A DNA stretch of 64,000 nt. It comes from Candidatus Latescibacterota bacterium (GTDB lineage: Bacteria > Latescibacterota > UBA2968 > GCA-2709665). The notes below the pieces were generated by a model. That model saw nothing but the letters and a program-made list of their open reading frames with translations, had not been told where the DNA came from and did no database searches. The position numbers were made by a program, and so were the translations under genes. Numbering within the stretch: position 1 is the first letter of the stretch; the number at the start of each line of letters is the position of its first letter. The DNA is taken from contig OZ244937.1 of assembly GCA_965222075.1 (NCBI GenBank), positions 5,184,001 through 5,248,000 of the forward strand. The letters run 5' to 3'. Shown here one piece after another: positions 21,196 through 31,367 of this stretch.

Positions 21196-21750
21196 TCAAC
21201 GGGCTCCGGCCTCTTTCAGCTTGTCGTGAAACGAGGTTTTGAGTTTTCGAACTTTCGGGTCGATCACCACCCGGCAGTAGGGCTGGTCAGCATTCAGGCG
21301 GTAGTAATTCTGATGGTCGTCTTCCGCCGGATAAAAGGCCTGTAAGGCCGCGATTTCCGTGACGATGGAATCAGGCCACAGATCCGAAGCATTTGTTTCT
21401 GTTTTGGACCGCTCCGAAAGGATCTTCTGTGCTGCATCGTGATAAAATATCACCGAGCGGTACTGCGTACCCACGTCGGCGCCCTGTCGGTTGAGGGTGG
21501 TCGGATCGTGGGTGCGCCAGAAAATATCGAGCAGGTCTTCAAACGAGATTATCTCGGGATCGAATTTGATCTGTACCACTTCCGCATGGCCCGTGGCTCC
21601 CGTGCATACCTGCCCGTAGGTCGGGTTCGGGGCCGAACCTCCAGCATACCCTGATACCATGCGGTGCACGCCCTTCAGGTCCTGAAAAATGGCTTCCACG
21701 CACCAGAAACACCCGCCGCCAAAGGTTGCGGTCTCTAATTTTTGGGTCAT
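21196..21750 (-). CDS. msrA: Peptide methionine sulfoxide reductase A
   Basis: GGGCFWC, HDPT..NRQG.DVG.QYRS and FYPAE..HQ.YY motifs. Confidence 0.95.
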   Translation of the reverse strand: MTQKLETATFGGGCFWCVEAIFQDLKGVHRMVSGYAGGSAPNPTYGQVCTGATGHAEVVQIKFDPEIISFEDLLDIFWRTHDPTTLNRQGADVGTQYRSVIFYHDAAQKILSERSKTETNASDLWPDSIVTEIAALQAFYPAEDDHQNYYRLNADQPYCRVVIDPKVRKLKTSFHDKLKEAGAR

Positions 21751-21978
21751 CTTTCCTCCTTTAGCGGTAAAAGGGTTGAGGGATCTTCAGGCGCAACAAG
21801 ATGGAGCATAAATTGGAAAAATGCAACACTTTTGGTGATGGTGTCTGTTTCTGACCGGGATAAGATTAGTCCGGAGCTGTAGAATTCAACTGGAGTTGAT
21901 GTCGGTATGAGACCCGTGCGCATCGGAGTCGGCCGGGCAGGGGTGTCCGGTTGAGCTGAATCGATCCAAGAGGTGAGT

Positions 21979-23247
21979 ATGGACCTGGACCGGGTGGTTT
22001 CCGAGTTGGGAATTGGGGAGAGCCGGGAGTTGCTGGAACTGGCGTGGGACGCCTCACAGGATGCGATGCCGGAGGGGGAGGTGGGCTTTCTTTCACCGGC
22101 ATTTCTCAGGGAGGCGTGCAGAGGGGTCTACCTGCCGGAGGAGATTACCGAAGCCGCGGTTGAGGCGGCACGGCGGGTGGGAGGGAATCCCGCGCTGTGC
22201 GCGCTGGCCTGGCACTGTCACTGGTGTCTCTACCGTTATGAGAATTATCCGAGCCGGCTCGCGGACCGGTGGCCGTCTATGGAGGGCGTGCTTGGGGATG
22301 CGGACGGTCTGTTTTACATGCTGGTGCTGCTGTCCTGGTTCCCACATATGGAGGCGGTCCACCGGGCGCATGCGCTTCCAGAGCCGGTTGTCCGGGAGAG
22401 TATGGACCAGATCTACCAGCGGGGCGTGTCGTGCAGCGGGATGTTCGGCAGGTGGGGGCTGGACGGGCATGCGGCCCGCTGGCTGTCCAACTACCTCTGG
22501 GGAGAGATTTATGCCCTGGGCAGACTGGTACACCAGTTCAGGGTTATCGACGATCCGATCCGGGTTTACCGCCACGGAGCGTCGTCGATGGTGATTGCGC
22601 TGAGCGAGGACGGGGTTTCCTACCGGGCGGATGGCCAGCGCTTCAGGAGGGGGGATATCGGGCGGATGTGGAGGTCCCGGCTCGTGGTGGCCGGGGAGGA
22701 GATTGTCGGGCATCCGATCCTGCCGACCGGCTGCGCCGTTGAACGGGAGGTTGCCCTGCCCGCAGGGGAGTGGGTCCCGGTGTTGGGCAGAGGAGATCCG
22801 GTCCTTTCATTTCATATTCCGGGCGGGACCCCCCTGGACCACGGGGCGTGCGGAGAATCCTTCCGCGTGGCGATGGCCTTTTTCCCACGCTACTTTCCCG
22901 AGCGGCCCTACAAGGCGTTTTACTGCGGGTCCTGGCTGCTGGATACCCAGCTGGAGGGCTGGTTGCCGCCGGTGTCGAACCTGGTGCGTTTCCTGAAGGA
23001 GTTTTATCTCATTCCCGGTGGAATATCCGAGACGTCGATTTTGCAGACGGTTTTTGGGGGTGTCCCGGAGGATTTGAGCCGGGCGCCCAGGGAGACGACG
23101 CTGCAGCGGGCGATTCTGGATCATCTGTTGGATGGCAAGCGGATAGATCCCGGCGCCGGCAAGTGTTTTCTGTTTCCGGAGGATTTGGACTGGGGTGGTC
23201 AGGTTTACCGAACATCAAAGTTTCCATGGCATCTTATTCGTGGTTGA
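21979..23247 (+). CDS. Acyltransferase-domain protein (NAT_N/GNAT_C, DUF5596-like)
   Basis: 'LGRL', 'FHIPGG' and 'FYCGSWLLD' motifs. Confidence 0.65.
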   Translation: MDLDRVVSELGIGESRELLELAWDASQDAMPEGEVGFLSPAFLREACRGVYLPEEITEAAVEAARRVGGNPALCALAWHCHWCLYRYENYPSRLADRWPSMEGVLGDADGLFYMLVLLSWFPHMEAVHRAHALPEPVVRESMDQIYQRGVSCSGMFGRWGLDGHAARWLSNYLWGEIYALGRLVHQFRVIDDPIRVYRHGASSMVIALSEDGVSYRADGQRFRRGDIGRMWRSRLVVAGEEIVGHPILPTGCAVEREVALPAGEWVPVLGRGDPVLSFHIPGGTPLDHGACGESFRVAMAFFPRYFPERPYKAFYCGSWLLDTQLEGWLPPVSNLVRFLKEFYLIPGGISETSILQTVFGGVPEDLSRAPRETTLQRAILDHLLDGKRIDPGAGKCFLFPEDLDWGGQVYRTSKFPWHLIRG

Positions 23248-23371
23248 AGTGGCTGGCACCGGGCCTACTGGAAGATAATGCGGCACCTTTCAGACACGGG
23301 GTCGGACTGAACGTGTTGAAGCTCTTGGAGTCGGCACGATACGTCATCAGCATCGGGTAGGGACCGTCGCC

Positions 23372-25459
23372 ATGCTCCAGCTTGCAGGATCGCTCGTCGC
23401 CCTGGTCGCGGGTGCGTTGCTGTACAGGTGGCTGCACGACCGACCTGGTAACGCGAAAGGCCGGGAACTCAGAGATCGAAGGGCCGAGGCCGGACATCAG
23501 GAGATCGGAGGGCCGGGGGTGGAGGTGGCTGCGGAGCAGGCCGGTCTGTCCCTCCGGGCATTCCTGATCGGTCTTGTCTTTTGCGTCTTCCTGGGTCTGG
23601 CGCTTCCCTATAACCGGATGGTGATCCAGGGGTCTGTTCTGCACTGGTATTTTGTGGACAGAGGGGCGCTCTTCCTCTTTTTCTGCCTGGTCCTGTTGAT
23701 CAATCCCCTCCTGAGTTTGCTGCGACGCAGTTATGCCCTAAAACGCGGTGAACTGCTGGCCATCTATGTGATGCTGCTGGTCTGCCAGCCGGCCTCGGCG
23801 ATCATCAGGCCGCTGCTGGCCTACCTGACGGGCGCAGCCTATTACGCGTCTCCGGAGCGGCGCGATCTGGAAGCCGTGCTGCCCCACGTCCTTCCCTGGA
23901 CGGCCCCGCAGGGGAGGGAAGTGGTACGGACGTTCTACGAAGGGCTGCCGAAAGGGGCTGACCTGCCGTGGGAGGCATGGGTTGTTCCCCTGGTGAGCTG
24001 GGGGGCGTTTATGATGGTCCTTTCGGGGGTGCTGGTCTGCCTTGCCGTGATCATGCGCAGGCAGTGGGAGGACCACGAACGGTTTGCCTTTCCGATTATG
24101 CAGGTTCCCCTGGCGCTGGCGGAGACAGGGGAGGGAAGGCTCGGCCCCCTGTTCAAGAACCGGCTGATGTGGGCCGGGGCTGTGGTTCCGCTGCTGATCG
24201 GATCGATCAATGCCCTGCACAACTACTTCTACACCCTGCCTGCAATCAGCCTGCGGACGGAGTTCTGGATTCTCCGGCGGACCACGCCCGTGCCGATCCG
24301 GATCAGCTTTGCCATCTTGGGATACACTTATTTTGTGAACACGGACATAAGCCTGAGCATCTGGGCGTTCAATGTGATCTCCAAGATTATCCGGGGGGTA
24401 TTGATCATCCTGGGGGCGGAACGGGGCTATGCGATGTCGGGTGTGGTGGGACCTTACAGTTCGAACGGGTCTGCGTTCCTTGCCATGATGGGAATGGGCT
24501 ATATGCTGGTCCTGGCCGCCTACAGCCTGTGGGTGGCACGGGGACACCTGAGGGAAGTGTGGACCAGGGCCCTGGGGAGGCCGTCGAAGGTGGACGATTC
24601 GGAGGAGGTGATTCCCTACAGAACGGCGGTGATGGGGTTTTTGGGAGGGCTGTTGTACCTGGGGTTCTGGCTGTACCAGGCGGGCACTTCGCCTCCCCTG
24701 ATCCTGTTCACTTTCATCGTCTGTTTTGGGGTGTTTCTGGTGATGGCGCGGATTGTGAGCGAGACCGGGTTTGTGGCCACCTACTCGCCGATGGACCCAC
24801 CGTCGGAGTTTGTGGTCTGTGCGGTGGGGTCCTCGGCTTTCAGCCCGGTGGGCCTGGTGACGTTCGGCTTCAGCTACGGATGGACGTTGACGCGGCCCAA
24901 CACGGTGATGGCCCACGCGCTGGGGGGGCTACGGCTGGCCGGCGGGATCCGGCGGAAGCGGGGATTGATCTGGGGCATGGGAGCAGCTATGGTTGCCGGG
25001 CTGATTTCGACCAGCTTTATGACGCTGAAGCTGGGATACATGTATGGAGGGCTCAATCTGGATCGATTTTTTCGGGACTATGCCGTCCTGCCCTTCGATG
25101 CGTTTGTGGGCAACCGGCTCCTGGAACCGAGCCCGATTTTCACCCCTGGGTTTCTTTACACGGGGATGGGGGCGGGTATTGCGGCACTTCTGATGGTGCT
25201 GCGGACACGGTTTGTGTGGTGGCCGCTGCACCCGGTGGCGCTTCCTATCAGCACGATCTGGTATACGGATCAGTTTTTCTTTAGCGTTTTTCTGGCCTGG
25301 GCCATCAAGGCACTGGTGCTGGCGTTTGGAGGTGCGTCGCTCTACAGGGGGACACGGCCTCTTTTTATCGGGATCATTCTGGGGGAGGTGGCCTGTGCGG
25401 GCGGATGGATTATTGTGGATTATTTCACCGGGATGGTGAGAAGCATCATCTATTTCTGA
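23372..25459 (+). CDS. DUF6785/DUF6784-like polytopic membrane protein (putative transporter); true start possibly near 23519
   Basis: 'RRQW...ERF.FP', 'WWPLHP' and many TM helices; first ~45 aa look unrelated. Confidence 0.7.
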   Translation: MLQLAGSLVALVAGALLYRWLHDRPGNAKGRELRDRRAEAGHQEIGGPGVEVAAEQAGLSLRAFLIGLVFCVFLGLALPYNRMVIQGSVLHWYFVDRGALFLFFCLVLLINPLLSLLRRSYALKRGELLAIYVMLLVCQPASAIIRPLLAYLTGAAYYASPERRDLEAVLPHVLPWTAPQGREVVRTFYEGLPKGADLPWEAWVVPLVSWGAFMMVLSGVLVCLAVIMRRQWEDHERFAFPIMQVPLALAETGEGRLGPLFKNRLMWAGAVVPLLIGSINALHNYFYTLPAISLRTEFWILRRTTPVPIRISFAILGYTYFVNTDISLSIWAFNVISKIIRGVLIILGAERGYAMSGVVGPYSSNGSAFLAMMGMGYMLVLAAYSLWVARGHLREVWTRALGRPSKVDDSEEVIPYRTAVMGFLGGLLYLGFWLYQAGTSPPLILFTFIVCFGVFLVMARIVSETGFVATYSPMDPPSEFVVCAVGSSAFSPVGLVTFGFSYGWTLTRPNTVMAHALGGLRLAGGIRRKRGLIWGMGAAMVAGLISTSFMTLKLGYMYGGLNLDRFFRDYAVLPFDAFVGNRLLEPSPIFTPGFLYTGMGAGIAALLMVLRTRFVWWPLHPVALPISTIWYTDQFFFSVFLAWAIKALVLAFGGASLYRGTRPLFIGIILGEVACAGGWIIVDYFTGMVRSIIYF

Positions 25460-25522
25460 CCGCTGGATAAAGAGGAGTACGATGAGATCCGGTTTCCGGT
25501 ATATGAGGAGGTTGATGCCGAT

Positions 25523-25830
25523 ATGAGACCCGTGCGCATCGGAGTTGCGGGGTTGGGGATGTTTGGGGAGGTGCACATCCAGGCGATGAGCCGGATTCCG
25601 GAGTTTGAGCTGGTCTCGGTCTGTTCGCGTTCGGAGGAACGGGCGAGGCAGATCGCCGAGACGTATGGGGTCAGCCGCTGGTATACCGATTTACAGTCGT
25701 TTGCAGCGGATCCTGAGATCGAGGCGGTAGACATCGTGAACGAAGTAGGCCGGCATGCGGAGGTGGCGCAGGTTGCGCTTGAGGCCGGGAAGGACGTGCT
25801 GGTGGAGAAGCCGCTGAGCGCGCGAATGGA
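25523..25830 (+). pseudogene. Truncated Gfo/Idh/MocA oxidoreductase (N-terminal Rossmann domain only)
   Basis: GVAGLGMFG..H and 'GKDVLVEKPL', after which homology stops. Confidence 0.75.
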
Positions 25831-25937
25831 TGAGTCCGGTCTTCACCAGGGGGGTTCTGTATCTGAGCATGGGGGGAGCCATTGCGGCCCTTCTGGCGGT
25901 GATGCGGACCCGGTTTGTGTGGTGGCCGCTTCACCCG
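25830..25937 (+). pseudogene. Internal fragment of a third DUF6785/6784-like gene
   Basis: SPVFTRGVLYLSMGGAIAALLAVMRTRFVWWPLHP matches 25130-25235 and 290-395. Confidence 0.75.
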
Positions 25938-26314
25938 GGCGATGCGCTGGTGGTGGCGACGGGCTACGACCGGTTTGGGAGCAACGACATCCGCTGTGAG
26001 CATACGCCGCATTTCAGCTATGACGCGATGAGTGGGCGGTGAATCACAAGCCTTCGATCATCGCTTCTGACATGGCCAGCTGGTACGACGGCGAGGAAAA
26101 GCCGAGTTTCTGGCCGATGCTCCAGAAGTCCGGCGTGCTGATCATCGGGTCGCTGCTAAACGTGACGCGGATTATTGTGCCGCGCATCCGGTTGATCGCG
26201 CTGCCGATGAAGATCCAGGGGGCGTGCGCAGCGCCGTGTCGGCTGATTGCCATCCTGCCATCGGACAGTCCGGAGCCGAAAACATGATACTGGTAATCTT
26301 TAAAAAATAAGAGG

Positions 26315-27979
26315 GTGGAGATGACGGATACGGGCGCAGGTTTGGTCGGATACTGGAAGCTTGCCGGTGATTGCATCGATTATTCGGGCATGGACAATCA
26401 CGGGAAGAACCACGGCGCGGACCTGACCGCAGCCGGGCTGGACCGCAGGGCGAATGGCGCGGCGGGCTTCAACGGGAGGGACAGTTATGTTGAGGTGCCG
26501 GACAGCCTGTCCCTCCGGTTCGGATCGGCCGATATCTCGGTTTCGGTGTGGGTCCGGACGGACCGGGCGCTCGACGACCTGCCGGGGGATATTCTGAGCA
26601 AGTACGATCCGGAGAATCGGATGGGCTTCACGTTGGGCATCCAGAACCACGCGAGCGCGGTGAATAGCCAGTCGAATTACCGCAATCTCCACTTCGGGCT
26701 GGACAACAGGCTGATCGAGCCCTCGTGGACCGATTGCGGGCGTCCGGGGAACGCCCGCTTTGTTTACGCGCTGGCGGTTGGGGGCGGCGACCTGTATGCG
26801 GGGACCTACGAGGCAGGAGCGGACGAGGTCGGACACGTGTACCGGTACGCCGGGGGAGCAGACTGGGTCGACTGTGGGATTCCGGTTGCGTGCAACGCGG
26901 TCCGGTCGCTGGCCTTCTACGAAGGCAAGCTGTACGCCGGGACGACCTCGCACGCGGGCAGGGGATCGCTGCAGCCCGATTCGCCGAACAGGGCGCCGGG
27001 TGGGAATGTCTATCGCTATGAAGGGGGTATGGAGTGGGTGGACTGCGAGAAGCCGGGGGGGGAGCATTCGGGGTCCGTGCCGGGCCTGATCGTCTTCAAC
27101 GGTCACCTCTACGCCCACGCAAACGGCGCGTACAGTTCCGACAGCAACGGCGTCTACCGTTACGAAGGGGAGAAGAAGTGGACCTGCTGCGGGACACCCC
27201 GTGGGTCGTGGGCGATGTCGACCTTCAACGGAAATCTGTTCTGTGTGGGGGGATACGGTGGCGGCATGAACACACCGGTGATTGCGATGAGCCGGTATGA
27301 CGGTAATACCGGGTGGGCGCCCTGCGGAAATGTCCCCAATACGGTTCAGGTCTACGCCATCGCCATCTACGAGGGGGAGCTTTACGCAGGGACCTGGCCC
27401 ACGGGTACGGTCTTCCGCTGGGACGGGGGGGAGGGATGGACCGACTGCGGGCGTCTGGGGGACGAGCTTGAGGTGATGGGAATGATGGTTTACAACGGGA
27501 AGCTGTACGCCGGCACACTGCCGCTGGCACAGGTCTACCGGTACGAGGGGGGCACGTCGTGGACCTGCGTGGGACGGCTGGATATGACGCCGGATGCGGC
27601 GTACCGGCGGGCGTGGTCGATGGCGGTTTACCAGGGGCGGCTCTACTGCGGCACGCTCCCCGCAGGGCACGTCTATTCGCTGGAGGCAGGGCGGAACGTG
27701 ACCCACGATTTTGAACTCGATCCCGGATGGCGGCATCTGGCTGCGGTAAAGGACGACGAGCGGCCGTGCAGGCTCAGGCTCTATGTGGACGGCGAGCAGG
27801 TGGGGACTTCTACGCCTTTCAACGGGTACGAGGCCTATATTTCCAACGATAGGCCGCTGAAGATCGGGTTCGGACCGCAGGATTATTTCAAGGGGAGCCT
27901 GGCGGAACTGCGGGTGTACAACCGGAGTTTGATGGAGTCGGAAGTGGCCGCACTTTACGATCAGGGAAGAAGAGGATAA
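26315..27979 (+). CDS. LamG-like jelly-roll protein with inserted beta-propeller repeats
   Basis: LamG motifs at both ends ('LVGYWKL', 'LYVDG...FKGSLAELRVYNRSL'); about 7 repeats of W..CG...LAVY.GKLYAGT...VYRY. Confidence 0.7.
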   Translation: MEMTDTGAGLVGYWKLAGDCIDYSGMDNHGKNHGADLTAAGLDRRANGAAGFNGRDSYVEVPDSLSLRFGSADISVSVWVRTDRALDDLPGDILSKYDPENRMGFTLGIQNHASAVNSQSNYRNLHFGLDNRLIEPSWTDCGRPGNARFVYALAVGGGDLYAGTYEAGADEVGHVYRYAGGADWVDCGIPVACNAVRSLAFYEGKLYAGTTSHAGRGSLQPDSPNRAPGGNVYRYEGGMEWVDCEKPGGEHSGSVPGLIVFNGHLYAHANGAYSSDSNGVYRYEGEKKWTCCGTPRGSWAMSTFNGNLFCVGGYGGGMNTPVIAMSRYDGNTGWAPCGNVPNTVQVYAIAIYEGELYAGTWPTGTVFRWDGGEGWTDCGRLGDELEVMGMMVYNGKLYAGTLPLAQVYRYEGGTSWTCVGRLDMTPDAAYRRAWSMAVYQGRLYCGTLPAGHVYSLEAGRNVTHDFELDPGWRHLAAVKDDERPCRLRLYVDGEQVGTSTPFNGYEAYISNDRPLKIGFGPQDYFKGSLAELRVYNRSLMESEVAALYDQGRRG

Positions 27980-28020
27980 ACGGGTACGGATGTGGCCGGA
28001 GACGCATCGGGAGGTTCAGT

Positions 28021-28170
28021 ATGGACCGGGCAAAGATCGGTGTTGCGGGCCTGGGGAGATTCGGCGTCTGGCATGCACGCGTGCTGGCGCAGCTGCCCCA
28101 GGTCGAGCTGGCGGCGGTGTGCTCACGTTCCGAGGAACGGGCCAGGGAGGTGGCGGAGACGTACCCCTAT
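28021..28170 (+). pseudogene. 5' fragment of a Gfo/Idh/MocA oxidoreductase
   Basis: MDRAKIGVAGLGRFG..HARVL...CSRSEERA; the rest of the ORF is antisense to the TPR gene. Confidence 0.7.
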
Positions 28171-28203
28171 ACGCGCCTGTATCCGGCGGGGTCACTCAAG
28201 CCT

Positions 28204-29565
28204 CTATCTGACAATTGTGCGCTCTTCCAGAGCTTTGGTGTGCGCCGCTTCCCGGTGGGTTTGCCCCAGCCGGTGATAGAGCACCACCAGATAGTAGCGC
28301 GCCCGTTCGAGCCCGGGATCTCGGGCCACTGCTTCTTCGAGTACCTCCACCGCCTTCTCTTTCGCACCCCTGTGTATGAGCAAGACACCAAGTTTCGTGC
28401 ACACATCCGCCAGACGCCTCCCTTTCAACCGACTCTGGATGGTACGGAACATCTCCTCCGCCTTTTTCTCCCTGCGCTGCTTGTGGTAGACCTGCCAGAG
28501 GAGAATGCGGGTAAACAGATCGTTGGGATAGATCTGCAAGGCCTTCCGGAGCGATGCCGCCGCCGCAGTGTAGTCCCCCTCCACATCCTTCGCCATCCCC
28601 TTTCGCCAGTAACTCAGAAAGGTCCTGGGCTGTCCCTCCACCTCTACCTTTTCCCGCTGCAGTTCCCGGAACCGGGCCAGGGCCACCTTCGCTTTCTCCG
28701 GCCGTCCCATTCTTGTGTAGGTCTGTCCGAGGCAGTAGTGTGCACCTGCATGGTTTGGCGACAGGCGAATGGCGTCCTGCGAGGCCGACCGTGCTCCTTC
28801 CAGGTGTCCGGCCTGAAGCCGGGCGGCGCCGAGCTGGTAGTGGATTTCTGCGTCATTCGGTTTCAGAACCAGCGCCCGTTCCAGGGAGAGGACAGCCGCC
28901 TCGCTTTGGCCCAACTCCCGGTAGACCTTCCCCAACGAAAAGTGCGCATCCCAGTTGTTTGGAAAGTCGGCGACGATCCCCTCCAACTCCTGCCGGGCGT
29001 TGTCGTAAGCACCCGTCTCCTGGTTCAGTGTGGCCAGGTTCAGTCGATTCCGGAGCTGGCCCGGGTGCAGACGCAGCACCTCCCGAATCTGCGCCTTGGC
29101 CTCCTCAACCCAACCGGCTTCGGAGTAGAGGATGCCCAGCTTGTCGTGGATGTGTGCTTCCCGCACCCCTGCCCGCACGGCCCGTTCCAACATCTCCAAT
29201 GCCTCGGTTTGGTCCCCCGCCTGGTAGGCCAGCAGCCCCAGATTCTGGAGCGCGTCCCTGTGGGTGGAATCGAGCTGGACGGTCTGGAAAAACTGCAGCC
29301 GGGCCTGGAAAGGGCGACCGCTGCGCAACAGGGTCTGGCCCAGGTCGTAGCGCGTTTCGGCATCGTGGGGGACATGCGCCAAGACCTCCCGGAGCAGCCG
29401 TACGGCTTCCCGGTAGTCCTTCCGCTGACCGGCCTTCCGGGCCTCTACCAATACCGCTTCCCGGTCAAACGCCTGCCCGCACCCCAACCCCCAGACCAGC
29501 CAGGTCACCAGCGCGGCGACTCCCCCCATCCGGCGGACACGGTTGCACCGGGTAACGTTATTCAT
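28204..29565 (-). CDS. Tetratricopeptide repeat protein (likely exported or lipoprotein)
   Basis: Many TPR units (A...LG..Y...G....A); hydrophobic N-terminus ending GLGC. Confidence 0.85.
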   Translation of the reverse strand: MNNVTRCNRVRRMGGVAALVTWLVWGLGCGQAFDREAVLVEARKAGQRKDYREAVRLLREVLAHVPHDAETRYDLGQTLLRSGRPFQARLQFFQTVQLDSTHRDALQNLGLLAYQAGDQTEALEMLERAVRAGVREAHIHDKLGILYSEAGWVEEAKAQIREVLRLHPGQLRNRLNLATLNQETGAYDNARQELEGIVADFPNNWDAHFSLGKVYRELGQSEAAVLSLERALVLKPNDAEIHYQLGAARLQAGHLEGARSASQDAIRLSPNHAGAHYCLGQTYTRMGRPEKAKVALARFRELQREKVEVEGQPRTFLSYWRKGMAKDVEGDYTAAAASLRKALQIYPNDLFTRILLWQVYHKQRREKKAEEMFRTIQSRLKGRRLADVCTKLGVLLIHRGAKEKAVEVLEEAVARDPGLERARYYLVVLYHRLGQTHREAAHTKALEERTIVR

Positions 29566-29636
29566 GTGAATTTTCCATGTTTACCACAGAGACGCAGAGA
29601 TCGCGGAGACAGCCGTGGTTGTTGATCCGTTTGCTT

Positions 29637-31367
29637 TTATTTTTGTTCCTCCCCTTCTTTTACCACCAGCAGCCTGTTGGCGACGATGCCTTTGATCCGG
29701 TCCACGCCTCCGGCCGGCCACCGGACCTCCACAAGATCCACCCGCTGCCGCTTTCCCAGCCCGAAGTGGACACGCAAGTCACTGGCCGACAGGTAGCTGG
29801 ACGCGCTGTGTACCTCCTTTACCTGCCGAAGGTCTCCGGCTACCACCGTCACCCGCGCCCCAATTCCGTCCCGGTTAGAGCGTTGCGAGCCTTCACTCGC
29901 TGTTCGTCGCGCGCCCCCCACCAGCTTCACCATCAACCAGTTTCCCCCGTTGTTCCCTTCGTTGCGCAGCAGGTCCGGACGCTGGGCTATATTGGCCACC
30001 AGCAGGTCTACGTTTCCATCGTTGTCGAAGTCTCCAGCGGCCAGTCCGCGGCTGGCTTTAAGGATGTCCAGGCCTGGGCCGGAACGTGCTGAGGCGTCCA
30101 CAAAGCTTCCGTCGCCCACGTTCTCGAAGAGCTGGTTGGGCTGTTTGTAGGTGACGATGTCCGACATGAGTTCAATGTTGTCCAGTACGTGGCCGTTGGC
30201 GGCAAAGGCGTCCGGGTCTCCGTCGTTATCCGCATCCAGGAAGACCAGTCCGAAGGTCACACTCAGCAGGCTGGACCTTCCCATACCCACCCTTGACGTT
30301 ATATCGGTAAAGGTTCCGTCGCCCTCGTTTCGGTAAAGCGTGTTCGTCTCCAGGTCGAGGTGTCCGATCAGGATATCCAAGTATCCGTCCCCGTCCACAT
30401 CGGCGCAGTCCACCCCCATCCCTGCCTCGGCCTGTCCCACCTCGTTGAACGCCGCTCCCGCCATGAGGGCCACCTCTTCGAATCTTCCGTTTCCCAGGTT
30501 GTCAAAGAGGTAGTTTTCCATGGTGTCGTTGGCCACGTAGATGTCCGGGTCGCCGTCCCTGTCGTAGTCGGTGCAGACCACTCCCAGCCCCTTTCCCTCC
30601 GGCTGGTAGACCCCTGCCTGTCGGGTCACATCCGTAAATGTTCCGTCCCCATCGTTCTGGTACAGCACGTCCGCTACCCCCGAATAGACATCCGGATGGC
30701 AGTATGCCTTGCCGTCGGGGGCGCTGCAAAATCGGTTGTCTTCCAGACGGAAATCGACGTAGTTGGCAACGTAGAGGTCCAGATCTCCGTCGTTGTCGAA
30801 GTCGAAAAACGCCGCTGATGTGCTCCACGAATCGTCCCCTACGCCCGCCTGTCGGGTCACATCCGTAAATGTTCCGTCCCCATCGTTCCGATACAGCACG
30901 TTGGCTCCGAAGTTGGTCACATAAAGGTCCAGATCCCCGTCGTTGTCGGAATCGCCCACGGCACAGCCCATGCCGTAGCCCGGATCGCCTGCCCCGGAGG
31001 CGTCTGTTACGTCCGTAAAGGTCCATCCGGCCGCCTTTCCGTCGTTCCGATAGAGCCGGTTGACCGGCGTCTGCGCCGTCTGGAAGCCCGGCAGCGGTGC
31101 CCCGTTGATCAGGTAGACGTCCAGATCCCCATCGCCGTCGTAATCCAACAGTCCGCAGCCGCCGCACATCGTCTCAACCGCGAATTTCTCCCCGCTTGCC
31201 CCGTTGACGTGAACAAGGTCGATTCCGACCCGGGCGGTGACGTCTACAAATGGCAGCTCCTGCGATCCGCTCTCTCCGGAGGACATCGGGACGAAGCCGA
31301 GCAGGACCGCAGCGGTCCAGACGGCCCCGGACTTTATGCGACTGTTGCTTCCGCCGGTTCGGGCCAT
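29637..31367 (-). CDS. CRTAC1 family protein (FG-GAP repeats plus ASPIC/UnbV domain)
   Basis: Repeated DxDxDGDxDLYV; C-terminal 'NRDGIGARV...SYLS...HFGLG...VRWP'; RBS AAGGAG before ATG 31367. Confidence 0.9.
   Translation of the reverse strand: MARTGGSNSRIKSGAVWTAAVLLGFVPMSSGESGSQELPFVDVTARVGIDLVHVNGASGEKFAVETMCGGCGLLDYDGDGDLDVYLINGAPLPGFQTAQTPVNRLYRNDGKAAGWTFTDVTDASGAGDPGYGMGCAVGDSDNDGDLDLYVTNFGANVLYRNDGDGTFTDVTRQAGVGDDSWSTSAAFFDFDNDGDLDLYVANYVDFRLEDNRFCSAPDGKAYCHPDVYSGVADVLYQNDGDGTFTDVTRQAGVYQPEGKGLGVVCTDYDRDGDPDIYVANDTMENYLFDNLGNGRFEEVALMAGAAFNEVGQAEAGMGVDCADVDGDGYLDILIGHLDLETNTLYRNEGDGTFTDITSRVGMGRSSLLSVTFGLVFLDADNDGDPDAFAANGHVLDNIELMSDIVTYKQPNQLFENVGDGSFVDASARSGPGLDILKASRGLAAGDFDNDGNVDLLVANIAQRPDLLRNEGNNGGNWLMVKLVGGARRTASEGSQRSNRDGIGARVTVVAGDLRQVKEVHSASSYLSASDLRVHFGLGKRQRVDLVEVRWPAGGVDRIKGIVANRLLVVKEGEEQK

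Noticed and set aside
26300-27736. Long antisense or alternate-frame ORFs (also 702-2231, 3492-4940, 31693-32913, 33576-36156, 36916-38562, 43513-44739, 62313-63422)
   Set aside because: They overlap well-supported genes, have no motifs, and are typical high-GC shadow frames
29581-29612. accacagagacgcagagatcgcggaga short repeat (and gattgcggaatgcggaat near 20000)
   Set aside because: Single low-copy instances in this window; a repeat family cannot be established from them
28021-29625. 534-aa plus-strand ORF
   Set aside because: Only the first ~50 codons are a Gfo/Idh/MocA stub; the rest is the antisense shadow of the TPR gene
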